A stretch of DNA of 31,401 nt from a virus. A program made the position numbers and the translations under genes. The notes under the pieces were generated by a model that had not been told where the DNA came from, did no database searches, and worked only from the letters and a program-made list of their open reading frames with translations. The stretch's first letter is position 1, and each line of letters begins with the position of its first letter. Positions 12,901 through 22,029 of this stretch are shown piece by piece. The stretch lies in IMG/VR virus record IMGVR_UViG_3300046673_000201. The stretch is one strand, 5' to 3'.

Positions 12901-15072
12901 ATGAAAACCGATAAAGATGATATTCTTAGAATAACTAAAAACGTAGAATTATCGATGGAAACTAATTGGAATAATATCGAAAGATATCGCACCTCCAGGG
13001 AGTTCGTATTCAAATCTACCTTATCTACCAAGGCTAAAAATTCATTATCTGCGCTTAATATTCCTATCCTAGAATTTAATCTATCTGAGGCATTTTTATC
13101 CAGACTTCGCGGTGAGTTTGCTGAACAACAACCTGGCATCATGGTAAGTATTCAAGACGGCGTTAATGTCACCCCAGAGATAGAACAGCAACGCGAGCTT
13201 ATTGAAGGTTATGTTAGGTTTGTAATGGATGAAGCGTCAAGAAATGGCACCCAAACATCGTTATGGGACGAAATCACAAGTGGCGGCTTCAGCGCAGCCA
13301 AGGTTTACGCTAAGTACGATGAAGGTAAAACATTTAAACAAAAAATAGTTTGGGCGAAGTCGTACGATCCAACTTTAACAGGATTTGACCCATTATCTAG
13401 AGAACCTAGCAAATCTGATAGTGAGTACTGTTTCGAGTTATTCCCATACAGCAAAGAAAAATTTGAGAAAATGTTTGATCATAAAATTAAAGACGTTGTG
13501 TTTAGTAATCAAGAAAAATTTAGTTGGTTTTTCAAAATTCATGATATGGAGGTTGTGGTAGTGGCAGATTATTATGAAAAACAACAAAAAAAGATCAAGA
13601 TTGTGGAACTATCTACGGGTGAAGTGATCGAGAAGAAACAATATGCAACTTTAATAGAAGAGAAAATTCTTAACTCGCTAGAAGCTGCGCCCGTGATTAT
13701 TAATGAAAGAGAAGTGGATACCACTAAGATAATTAGATATCAATTGATCGGTAATACGATTCTTAGTAAAGAAGAGATAGATACCTCTGATTCACTTCCT
13801 TTGGTTTGGTTTGATGGCAGTTCGGTTGTTCTAAGTGATGGCGGATCTAAATCCGAGCAGATGACACGCCCATATCTAATGAACTGTATAGGTGTGCAGA
13901 AATTATTTAATAATCTAGGAGCGGCTCTTGCAGATGAATGTCAGAATTTAAGCAGGCATAAGATACTTATAGCATCTGAGTCAATTGATCCTAATTATGT
14001 ACATCATATTACCGAACCTCAGCAGTATGATACGTTAGTATATAGAGCTTTTAACAATAATAACCCAGACAAACCTAATCCACCCCCACAACAGATGGCT
14101 AGAAACGCTTTTCCTCCTGAGATGTTGGCATTATGGTCTAGCCTTCCTCAGGTGTTCCAAAACATATTGGGTAGTTATGATAGCCAACTTGGTATCAATG
14201 GTGGCAACAATCTATCCGGTGCGGCTATAGTTCAAGGGGCTATTCACAGTAGTGCAACTGCAAAACCATTTATAAACCGATATATTCTAAGTCTTAACCA
14301 AGTAGCAAAGATAATATTAGGTCTTATTCCTAAAGTTTATGTTGCTCCTATGTCAATTCCCATGATCGACAAAGAAGGTAATCAACAATATCATCCGGTT
14401 AATGGTGAAGGTCAGCCTTCTTTAAAATATGAAGACAACACTTTCAACATTAAGGTAGAGGCCGGTACATCTTTTATAGCGCAAAAAACTCAAGCACTTC
14501 AGCAGATAATACAGTTGAGTCAGGCTTCTCAAGTATTCAGCCAGTTCATAAATACCAAAGGATTGAAAGTATTGATCGATAATATCGATATGAAGGGCCA
14601 GGATCAGCTTAAACTTTTGGCTGCGCAATTTATGCAAGAACTTGAGCAGCAGAAACAACAGGCCATGCAAGCACAACAAAACCCTCAGCCAAATCCAATT
14701 ATGATGCGAGAAAAAAACCATCAGGATGAAATACAAATGAAGGGGCAACAAAATCAAATTGAAGCTCAAAAATACGAGATGCAGGCTAAACTTGAAGAGG
14801 CAAAGTTAAATCTAGCACAGGAGGAATTAGCCCTAAAGAGAGTTGAGTTAATAGCCAAGACTCAGACAGAAGAAGGTTACATGGCTCTTCAGCAAGAAAA
14901 GAATGACGCAGATATGGCGCGAGTTATAATTGATAAAGCACATGCTGCGACTGACATGAACCATCGGCATGCAAAAGACCACGCAGAGCATGGATTAAAA
15001 CAACATGAGTTGATGCATAAGATAAGTACAGGACATCGCCCAACTGGCGAGCCACATTTTACTAATGAATAA
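12901..15072 (+). CDS. Portal protein, P22-like, with a long C-terminal coiled-coil barrel region
   Basis: 723 aa, directly after terL. FDPLSREPSKSDSEYCFELFPYSKEKF resembles the P22 gp1 segment [23 protein letters not shown]. The last ~150 aa are Q/E/K/A-rich heptad-like sequence. Confidence 0.85.
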   Translation: MKTDKDDILRITKNVELSMETNWNNIERYRTSREFVFKSTLSTKAKNSLSALNIPILEFNLSEAFLSRLRGEFAEQQPGIMVSIQDGVNVTPEIEQQRELIEGYVRFVMDEASRNGTQTSLWDEITSGGFSAAKVYAKYDEGKTFKQKIVWAKSYDPTLTGFDPLSREPSKSDSEYCFELFPYSKEKFEKMFDHKIKDVVFSNQEKFSWFFKIHDMEVVVVADYYEKQQKKIKIVELSTGEVIEKKQYATLIEEKILNSLEAAPVIINEREVDTTKIIRYQLIGNTILSKEEIDTSDSLPLVWFDGSSVVLSDGGSKSEQMTRPYLMNCIGVQKLFNNLGAALADECQNLSRHKILIASESIDPNYVHHITEPQQYDTLVYRAFNNNNPDKPNPPPQQMARNAFPPEMLALWSSLPQVFQNILGSYDSQLGINGGNNLSGAAIVQGAIHSSATAKPFINRYILSLNQVAKIILGLIPKVYVAPMSIPMIDKEGNQQYHPVNGEGQPSLKYEDNTFNIKVEAGTSFIAQKTQALQQIIQLSQASQVFSQFINTKGLKVLIDNIDMKGQDQLKLLAAQFMQELEQQKQQAMQAQQNPQPNPIMMREKNHQDEIQMKGQQNQIEAQKYEMQAKLEEAKLNLAQEELALKRVELIAKTQTEEGYMALQQEKNDADMARVIIDKAHAATDMNHRHAKDHAEHGLKQHELMHKISTGHRPTGEPHFTNE

Positions 15073-15081
15073 TCGGAGTAT

Positions 15082-15282
15082 ATGAAAATGGTAGCAAAAA
15101 AGAAAAATTTTATACAAGCAATGCATATGAAAAAAGGCGCTCTTAGAGAAGAATTAAAAGTCCCTAAGGGTAAAAAAATCCCTGAAAAGAAACTTGAAAA
15201 AGCCGAGCATAGCAAGAACCCTGTAGAGAGAAAACGGGCAACTTTAGCAGTCACGCTCAGCAAATTAAGAAAAAAGAAATAA
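15082..15282 (+). CDS. Small lysine-rich basic protein (66 aa)
   Basis: GGAG RBS. MKMVAKKKNFIQAMHMKKGALREELKVPKGKKIPEKKLEKAEHSKNPVERKRATLAVTLSKLRKKK. Confidence 0.55.
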   Translation: MKMVAKKKNFIQAMHMKKGALREELKVPKGKKIPEKKLEKAEHSKNPVERKRATLAVTLSKLRKKK

Positions 15283-15295
15283 ATAATTTATTTAT

Positions 15296-15335
15296 AATTC
15301 GGTCTACATTGTGGGCCGAATTAGTTTTTATTTTT
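15296..15335. terminator. Intrinsic terminator between convergent genes
   Basis: aattcggtc (15296-15304) / ggccgaatt (15314-15322, one G-U pair), followed by T-rich tttttatttttg. Confidence 0.6.
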
Positions 15336-15342
15336 GTTTGGT

Positions 15343-15564
15343 TTATTCCTCTCTTATCTTTTGTCTATCCTTAAACTCTCTTATCTCCATCAATAATTCT
15401 GTAGCAGCTTCTATACAATAAGATATTTCTGCCTCTTGTTCTTTGGTTAACGCCGCATCTTTTAAAAACTTCTCTTTTCCTTCTATAAATATAGTGCACT
15501 GTTTCTCTATGCTACCTAAGAAATCAAAGAAATATTGTGTCATGTTAGGAGTCGATTGTTTCAT
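15343..15564 (-). CDS. Hypothetical protein (73 aa), last gene of the minus-strand rep unit
   Basis: ORF downstream of rep on the same strand. No motif recognised. Confidence 0.45.
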   Translation of the reverse strand: MKQSTPNMTQYFFDFLGSIEKQCTIFIEGKEKFLKDAALTKEQEAEISYCIEAATELLMEIREFKDRQKIREE

Positions 15565-15670
15565 TTGTTAGTTCATTAAGCGGTATTTGCACCCATCTGG
15601 TTTTGCGGGATTATTATTAGATTATAAAAAGGAAGTTTGTGTATGGGTGCTTTTTGTCTCTTCTTTATTT

Positions 15671-16492
15671 TTATTTTTTTACCCTACCAAAGAATTTTTT
15701 AGCTTCATCGCATAATGGAGCTTTTATTCTTTTGATTTCGTCTTTATATCTTATTGATTTACTATTTATTCTCTTCCCTTTAAATACTTTAAACTTCAGT
15801 GATACAACTTCCCTACCGGCTTTGTTCTCTTCATAATCAAATTGTATATCAGTTTTTTCATTTATTTCTTTTTTTGCTATATTTAATACTTCTTGTTTTA
15901 TATTTCCGTATAACCTATAGGTCTTCTTATCTTTTATTCCCATCATGTCTTTAAATCTATCGAGTGTAAAAGTTTTACCATATTTTTTATTACAAGCTAA
16001 AATCATATAAAGCCTTATTGCATACATTGATTCTAGTTTAAAAATATATGATATTTCCAGTTGGGTAAAATTAGATTTTAATGAAAAAATATGTGGTATT
16101 ATTTCAGGATGAAGCTTGAACTTAATCATGTGATCAATTTCACTGTAAGATATACTATAAAACCAATGTACCATAATCCATTCTTCTTTCTGTCTTATAT
16201 GTATTACTCTTTCTGATAGACTCAGGCATACCTTGTATATTTCTTTTGGCATATCTTTGATATCTAAATTCATATCTTTGATATATTCTTTACCTGAAAT
16301 AGATATTTCTTTTCCAAGATAAATACCGTCTTCAATATACTCACCGCCTTTAAACCAATCATCTTCGTGTGTTTGGCTTAATATCCATAACAACAATCTT
16401 TGCTCTTGAACGCTATATGGTCTTGCCTGTTTTGCTTCTGCTACTAAATTTGACACTACCGCCACCTTTATTACTTTTTTATCATTTTGCAT
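15671..16492 (-). CDS. Rep_3-family (RepB/pi/RepA-like) iteron-binding replication initiator
   Basis: NLVAEAKQARPYSVQEQRLLLWILSQ, FTQLEISYIFKLESMYAIRLYMIL and TLDRFKDMMGIKDKKTYRLYGNIKQEVLNIAKKEINEKTDIQFDYEENKAGREVVSLKFKV match the winged-helix Rep_3 pattern. Iterons lie immediately upstream. Confidence 0.85.
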   Translation of the reverse strand: MQNDKKVIKVAVVSNLVAEAKQARPYSVQEQRLLLWILSQTHEDDWFKGGEYIEDGIYLGKEISISGKEYIKDMNLDIKDMPKEIYKVCLSLSERVIHIRQKEEWIMVHWFYSISYSEIDHMIKFKLHPEIIPHIFSLKSNFTQLEISYIFKLESMYAIRLYMILACNKKYGKTFTLDRFKDMMGIKDKKTYRLYGNIKQEVLNIAKKEINEKTDIQFDYEENKAGREVVSLKFKVFKGKRINSKSIRYKDEIKRIKAPLCDEAKKFFGRVKK

Positions 16493-16566
16493 AAAGATTC
16501 CCTTCAGGTTTATAGTTTTGTTATTCTATATTATTTGCTCCAATCTGCAAGTCTATATTAGAGTAT

Positions 16567-16596
16567 ATTATATGCTGATGTTGTCAAGCATATAAT
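16567..16596. promoter_or_regulatory. 10-bp inverted repeat in the rep promoter region (candidate autoregulatory operator)
   Basis: attatatgct (16567-16576) and agcatataat (16587-16596), separated by 10 bp, between the rep start and the iterons. Confidence 0.45.
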
Positions 16597-16597
16597 A

Positions 16598-16692
16598 AGC
16601 TGGGGCAAACCCAATAGTAGTTGGGGCAAACCCAATAGTTGGAGTAAAAAAGCTGGGGCAAACCCAATAGTAGTTGGGGCAAACCCAATAGT
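16598..16692. repeat. Replication-origin iterons: four 21-bp direct repeats ag(c/t)tggggcaaacccaatagt in two abutting pairs
   Basis: Copies at 16598-16618, 16619-16639, 16651-16671 and 16672-16692. Each pair is followed by tggag. An A/T-rich stretch follows at about 16797-16850, and an 8-bp inverted repeat aggtacca/tggtacct lies at 16696-16703 / 16742-16749. Confidence 0.85.
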
Positions 16693-17025
16693 TGGAGGTA
16701 CCACCCTTCGCTACAGACCGCATAAAACCTATATATTTTGATGGTACCTTAAAAGCCCAAAGCTTTCAAAGTAAAGATATAAAGTTTTCAAAGAGAAAAA
16801 TAGGAATTTTTTTATCAAATTTAAAAGCAAAAAAGCAAAAAAATGAGATTCTCTGATTTATGATTTACAAAACAAACACCATCCAAATAAATACCGGACC
16901 AATCATATTAAAAACGTCTTTACTTGACCGAGGGGTGGTAAGTATACTGCCGGATAGTTTTACGAGGGTTAAATATTAATCCGTCCGTATTTTTAACGGA
17001 CCAAAATCTATTGCAGAACATAATC

Positions 17026-17298
17026 ATGACAGCAATTGACGAAATTCAAAGTTTGAAAGACAAAAATGGACAGATATTTACTACTGAAAAATTATCTAGG
17101 ACTGATGCTATTAAATATTTCTGTGTTCAATGCTTAGGTTTTGAGGGACATCCTGATGATTGCGAGATAGAGACCTGTCCATTGTTTCATTTTCGAGGTA
17201 AGGTTATGTTAGGAAGATTGAGTGATGAGCAAAGACAAAAACTAAGTGACAATGCTAAAAGGCATGGATTTAAGAAACTAGATAAAACAAAAGCTTGA
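17026..17298 (+). CDS. Cys-rich (zinc-binding-like) small protein, 90 aa
   Basis: ATG at 17026. CVQCLGFEGHPDDCEIETCPLFHFRG. Basic C-terminus. Confidence 0.5.
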   Translation: MTAIDEIQSLKDKNGQIFTTEKLSRTDAIKYFCVQCLGFEGHPDDCEIETCPLFHFRGKVMLGRLSDEQRQKLSDNAKRHGFKKLDKTKA

Positions 17299-17322
17299 CA
17301 CGATCCAAACTAAGCTTAAAAT
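17295..17322 (+). promoter_or_regulatory. Sigma70-type promoter for the scaffold/coat operon
   Basis: TTGACA (17295-17300), 16-bp spacer, TAAAAT (17317-17322). Confidence 0.45.
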
Positions 17323-17338
17323 AATCTTATTATATTTA

Positions 17339-17431
17339 CCTACGCCCGTACTGCGGTTAAAGTACACGCCTACGCATGTGTTGCGGTAAAAGCACAGATT
17401 GGCAAAAATTACGCTGACGCGGTTAAAAATC
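17339..17431. repeat. Three imperfect direct repeats (tacgc-N4-6-(t)gcggt(t)aaa) in the leader of the scaffold gene
   Basis: Copies at 17339-17367, 17368-17397 and 17409-17431. Each can form a short cgc/gcg hairpin. Confidence 0.6.
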
Positions 17432-17444
17432 AAAAGGGTTTCAT

Positions 17445-18197
17445 ATGACTGACGAAAATATTTCTATCGAGAATACCGCTGCACCACAGGCAGAACCTGC
17501 AGTACAGCAAAGCAATGTTGTAGATACGGTTGTAAAATCTGAACCAACAACTTTCAATCAGGACCAAGTTAATATTATTTCTGCTGACACAAAAAGGCGG
17601 ACTGAGGAAAGGGTTAGGGCAGAGGTTAAGGCAGAATACGAGTCAAGATATGGTGCTAAACCGAATTTAAGCACCCAAAACGAGGCGATCGGTACAGGGG
17701 CTGTACAGTCATCACCCTCCACCAATCAAATCGAAAATAAGGGCTTTAACGAGGAACAGCTCTATCAGAATTTTAGACAGAGGCAAGAGCAAGAGCAGCA
17801 ACATTTTCAACAACAGCAGATGACGAATGATTTTTTGATGAAGATCCAGGCTAGTGGTAAAGCTGATAAGATCGAATCATCGGGAATAGGAAACTTACCC
17901 ACAAATCATCCACTGATACCAATGTTGAATTCTCTTGATAATATTGCTGATGTCTTAGATGATTTTTCTGATAACCCTGTCAAGGTAGCTAATTTGCTGG
18001 CTGTCACGTATCTAAATCCATTAAACGGATTTAAAGAATTGCAAGGTATTTCTAACTCGATTAAAAGAAACAAAGACGCTCTTGCTAAAGAAAAAGCACC
18101 AGTGCCGTCAAGTCAACTGAAACCATCTAGTTTAGGTTTGGGTGGTGGTGAGTTGTCGATGTCGTCTAAGCGTAGTAACAAAGCGTTTAGATTTTGA
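17445..18197 (+). CDS. Scaffolding protein
   Basis: 250 aa, Q/E-rich helical, immediately upstream of the coat gene. Confidence 0.65.
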   Translation: MTDENISIENTAAPQAEPAVQQSNVVDTVVKSEPTTFNQDQVNIISADTKRRTEERVRAEVKAEYESRYGAKPNLSTQNEAIGTGAVQSSPSTNQIENKGFNEEQLYQNFRQRQEQEQQHFQQQQMTNDFLMKIQASGKADKIESSGIGNLPTNHPLIPMLNSLDNIADVLDDFSDNPVKVANLLAVTYLNPLNGFKELQGISNSIKRNKDALAKEKAPVPSSQLKPSSLGLGGGELSMSSKRSNKAFRF

Positions 18198-18263
18198 TGA
18201 TCTGACATTTACTGTTCCATCCAAAAAATATATTGACAACTAATAATTTTTGAGGAACAAATA

Positions 18264-19619
18264 ATGTCTAACCCTACGATTAATTTTTTGCAGCAAGTAA
18301 GGACGTATAACGCTGATGCACAATTACCTGGATTTTTGAACCAAAACTGTTTTATATCAGACATTTGCAATCATGAATTTGTTGATTTCGAAAAAAAGAC
18401 ACCTGCAAATTTAGGTGATACCATTGCAATCGCTTTGCCAATGGCTAGTGTTGCTAACGCTGGGCTCATAGTATCGGCTCAACCAGTTCGTCAGAACATT
18501 GCTCACCTTTCTGTTATCTCTGCCGCAAACGTCGCTATTGCAGTTACAAACCAACAAAGAATTTTCAATACGAATCATGATGGTTTCTGGAAAATGATCG
18601 GTAAGGGTATGATTTCAGAATTAGGAAGCAAGGTTGAGCAATCTATTGCTATGCATGTTAACTCTTCTGCGATCGATATGCGCCTAGATTCCCCAACTTA
18701 TGGTCAAGAACAATATCTTTCCGGACCAACTCGTTTCGTTGATTGCACCGCTACAGGCCTTTTAAGCTACCAAGCTTTAGATCAGAGCATGTCAGATTTT
18801 ATTTCTATGGGCGCACCTAACGATGATCATTGTGTCGTATTACCTACTAACTATTATTCCCCAATTATTGGATCAGGCTTAAACCAATTCGTACCGATCC
18901 GTAATGATGAGGCCGCGCAAAGTTGGTTAGTCGGTGAATTTGGTTCACCTCGTACTAAATACTACAGATCAAACTACTTGCCTGTTCAAATCGCTGGTGC
19001 TTTCGGTGTTGCTGGCACGGTTTGTACAGTTGTAAGCACTAACGATCCAACTGGTACTAACGTAACACAGTTAACATTGTCTAGTGGTGGTGGTAGTCAT
19101 TCTATCGCTGTTGCTGCTGGTGATATGGGTTGGTTCCTACCTGCTTCCAACATTAATGCATTAACTTTTTATGGTCACATGCAGACTAATCAGCCAGTTC
19201 AATTCCGTGTAATTGCTGATGCTTCTTCTAATGCTGGTGCTGTAGTAGTAAATATTATTACTAATACTCATACAGAAGGCCAAGGCTTATGTAGTGTAGT
19301 CGGTAATGCATTGCAGAATATTAGCGGAACAATTCAAGCTGGTATGACTGTACAATTCGTTGGATCGCATCGTTGTGGACTTAGGATCTGTAGCAAAGCA
19401 TTTTACATAGCCGTACCGAGATTAGATAATGAACACCCATTTACCACATCAGTAGATACCGACGATGAAACTAAAGTATCGTTACGTATGTATTATGGTG
19501 CTGTATTCGGACAAAATAAAAAGTGGTTGGTGAATGACGTCATATGGGGCGGATTGTTATTATCAAGATATAGCCAACGTTTCTGTTTGCCCTTAACTGG
19601 TAACGTTGCATCGGCATAG
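18264..19619 (+). CDS. Major capsid (coat) protein, P22-coat-like by size and position
   Basis: 451 aa, GAGGA RBS, follows the scaffold gene. No enzyme motifs. Confidence 0.75.
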   Translation: MSNPTINFLQQVRTYNADAQLPGFLNQNCFISDICNHEFVDFEKKTPANLGDTIAIALPMASVANAGLIVSAQPVRQNIAHLSVISAANVAIAVTNQQRIFNTNHDGFWKMIGKGMISELGSKVEQSIAMHVNSSAIDMRLDSPTYGQEQYLSGPTRFVDCTATGLLSYQALDQSMSDFISMGAPNDDHCVVLPTNYYSPIIGSGLNQFVPIRNDEAAQSWLVGEFGSPRTKYYRSNYLPVQIAGAFGVAGTVCTVVSTNDPTGTNVTQLTLSSGGGSHSIAVAAGDMGWFLPASNINALTFYGHMQTNQPVQFRVIADASSNAGAVVVNIITNTHTEGQGLCSVVGNALQNISGTIQAGMTVQFVGSHRCGLRICSKAFYIAVPRLDNEHPFTTSVDTDDETKVSLRMYYGAVFGQNKKWLVNDVIWGGLLLSRYSQRFCLPLTGNVASA

Positions 19620-19631
19620 TAGTGATAGATA

Positions 19632-20315
19632 TTGACTCATAAATTGCCCCATGGTATTTTGCAATTTATGATAAAAAATATAAATAGATTAGATTTTGAA
19701 GGCAAGATTCACAGACTCCCTAAAGATGGTTGTTGGGTTTGGACTGGTGCCAAGACAGAAAAGGGTTACGGTACATTTTATACAGATAATAATCGGTATA
19801 GAGCTCATAGAATATCTTATGAACTTTATGTTGGTGAGATTCCAGATGGAATGTTTGTATGTCATAAATGTGATAATCCTTGGTGTGTAAATCCTGCACA
19901 TCTCTGGATTGGTACCAATGCTGATAATCAGCAAGATAAGCATAATAAAGGTAGAGGCAAGGGCTGGATTGTTAACGATGAGGCTAAGTCTAGAATTAGT
20001 GAGTTACATAAAGGTAACACATATAATTTAGGACGAACTCTTAGCGATGATCACAAAGCCAAACTTAGCATTGCTCACACAGGTAAAACGCTTAGCGAAG
20101 AGCATAAGGCTAAGATTACTGCTAGTCTTGTTGGTCATAAAGTTAGTTCTGAGACAAAAGAAAAACTTAGGGCTGGATCTACTGGTAATAAGAATGCTTT
20201 AGGTAAAGTACGTAGTCCTGAATCTATCGAAAGATATAGGAAGGCAGCTATTAAAAGAGAGGCTGTTAAGAAAGCTAACAAATCTTTAAATGATATTAAC
20301 AATTTAATAACTTGA
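19632..20315 (+). CDS. HNH homing endonuclease (HNH_3 core plus NUMOD3 repeats)
   Basis: CWVWTGAKTEKGYGTF...AHRISYEL...VCHKCDNPWCVNPAHLWIGTNADNQQD, then repeated (H/S)KG/TGK..SEEHKAK motifs. The start is ambiguous (TTG 19632 or ATG 19668). Confidence 0.8.
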   Translation: MTHKLPHGILQFMIKNINRLDFEGKIHRLPKDGCWVWTGAKTEKGYGTFYTDNNRYRAHRISYELYVGEIPDGMFVCHKCDNPWCVNPAHLWIGTNADNQQDKHNKGRGKGWIVNDEAKSRISELHKGNTYNLGRTLSDDHKAKLSIAHTGKTLSEEHKAKITASLVGHKVSSETKEKLRAGSTGNKNALGKVRSPESIERYRKAAIKREAVKKANKSLNDINNLIT

Positions 20316-20325
20316 GGTAAATATT

Positions 20326-21219
20326 ATGACATTTCCAAATTCTTTAGACATTATGCCATTCCCAGTTAATGTTGCAGAACCAATTTTTCCTGCTATTAAC
20401 AAACCAATAGCTCGCAATCCAGTTGGTTATATTCGTGGTCTTAACGTTACATTGAATGCAACTACTCCTAACACCTCATTAACTATGAGTGAAGGCGCAT
20501 GCAGTGATATATTAAACAATATTGACATGGTTATACGCGACACTATAACATTTCCAGCCGGTGTATTTACGCGCACATCTTTGGTAATTGATTGTACTAC
20601 AGTTGGTGTTAATGGTTTAGATACTGGTGCTTTAGCTGCGTCTACTTTCTATTACGTATATGTAATTGGTGATTCTAATGGGTTTAATAAACCTGCTGCA
20701 TTAGTTTCAACAAAATGTATATACCCTGATCTTGCTTTTAATCCAGCTAATGTACTTCCTATACTACCATACGGTTATGATAGTTTCCGTTTAGTAGATG
20801 TTAAAGTAACTGATGGTAGTTCACATTTCCTATTGTCATATACTTTTGGCGACTATGGCTATCGTAAATTTGTTTATGACGCTCCTTTAACAACTGGTTC
20901 TTCTGCTTTGACTGCTTCTTATGTAGCTCTTCCTTTGACTGCATGTGTTGCTCCTATTGGCAAAACTGATGTTAACTTTACGGTTGATTATACCCCATTT
21001 ACCGCTGGAAATGTTCTTTATGTACAACCAACAGGCAGTACTGGTAATGAGGCTAGAATGAGTGGTGTCGTTGCTGCTGTTCATCAATGGGCAGACTTAT
21101 CATCTTTAGCATTCTTGAATGTTGGCGGTGTTGCCAGTGTTAGTATTAAAGCTACCGGAACAACTCCTACGTCAGATACAGCCGTAATTTACGTGAAATC
21201 GTTCGGCTATTGTGTGTAA
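20326..21219 (+). CDS. Virion structural protein of unknown role (297 aa)
   Basis: GAGG RBS. Located between the coat and adaptor genes. No motif recognised. Confidence 0.5.
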   Translation: MTFPNSLDIMPFPVNVAEPIFPAINKPIARNPVGYIRGLNVTLNATTPNTSLTMSEGACSDILNNIDMVIRDTITFPAGVFTRTSLVIDCTTVGVNGLDTGALAASTFYYVYVIGDSNGFNKPAALVSTKCIYPDLAFNPANVLPILPYGYDSFRLVDVKVTDGSSHFLLSYTFGDYGYRKFVYDAPLTTGSSALTASYVALPLTACVAPIGKTDVNFTVDYTPFTAGNVLYVQPTGSTGNEARMSGVVAAVHQWADLSSLAFLNVGGVASVSIKATGTTPTSDTAVIYVKSFGYCV

Positions 21220-21263
21220 ATAGATTTACTTACTATGTTTAGTGTTTGGTTTGATATTATATT

Positions 21264-21289
21264 CATCCGCCAGGGAGACTTGGCGGGTG
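21264..21289 (+). terminator. GC-rich hairpin after the coat-module genes (possible attenuator or terminator)
   Basis: catccgcca (21264-21272) / tggcgggtg (21281-21289). Only a short tctt tail. Confidence 0.35.
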
Positions 21290-21316
21290 TCTTACTGATC
21301 TGATAATGGGGAGTAT

Positions 21317-22027
21317 ATGAGTTATACTTTAAATAATTTAATTACTGACGCATTTTATATAAGCAAGGTAAGGTCTCCTGATTTTCAGACAGTGACCGGG
21401 GCCGACATTACGCGTGGTCTTGATTTGATGAATTCCGTTCTTTCTGCTACTTCTAGCAATACAAAAATGATTCCATATTATTCGGAATATACATTCAATG
21501 CTGTAATTGGTCAGGAAAAGTATTTCATTCCAAATTTGATGGAACCGTTCTCAGCAACATTTATGGATTCTGTAGTTAGGTACGCAACTTTCGATAAATC
21601 GCGTCGAGAATTTCATAGCACTACAAAAATATATGGAATTGAAGCCTACCCATTCGACACATCATTTGAGCGATGTTTAAATGGATGCAATTTGTACATG
21701 TATTTTTTACCATGCAAAGCATTTCCATTTCATGTCTGGGGGAAATTCGGTTTAGAGGCGGTGACTGTTGATGATTTAACAACTGATTTATTATTAACAT
21801 ATGACCGATGGTATTGTGATTATTTATGTCATGTTTTAGTAAAAAGGATATGCAATTTTTATGGCATGTCTATAAGTCCGGAAGTACAAAATATTATTGA
21901 TCAAATCTCAAATAATGTAGCCGATATGAATGTCATAGATTTATCGAGCAGAAAGATTGATTTGTATAACCAACGTAATCAGCTGTCTTGGGCGCAGATA
22001 AATATTGGTAAAGGTTTTGAGCCATAA
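21317..22027 (+). CDS. Head-to-tail adaptor, P22 gp4-like
   Basis: The N-terminus L..LITDAFYISKV......VTGADITRGLDLMNSVL resembles the gp4 pattern (L...A...LGV....L...E.....D.L..M). It directly precedes a gp10-like gene. Confidence 0.45.
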   Translation: MSYTLNNLITDAFYISKVRSPDFQTVTGADITRGLDLMNSVLSATSSNTKMIPYYSEYTFNAVIGQEKYFIPNLMEPFSATFMDSVVRYATFDKSRREFHSTTKIYGIEAYPFDTSFERCLNGCNLYMYFLPCKAFPFHVWGKFGLEAVTVDDLTTDLLLTYDRWYCDYLCHVLVKRICNFYGMSISPEVQNIIDQISNNVADMNVIDLSSRKIDLYNQRNQLSWAQINIGKGFEP

Positions 22028-22029
22028 AT

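Noticed and set aside
16598-16692. Possibility that the 21-bp direct repeats, or the 6425-6830 repeats, are a CRISPR array
   Set aside because: The iteron copies abut each other or are separated by only 11 bp, with no unique spacers of CRISPR size. There are no cas genes. The context, next to a Rep_3 gene, fits iterons. The 6.4-6.8 kb repeats are coding-sequence duplications.
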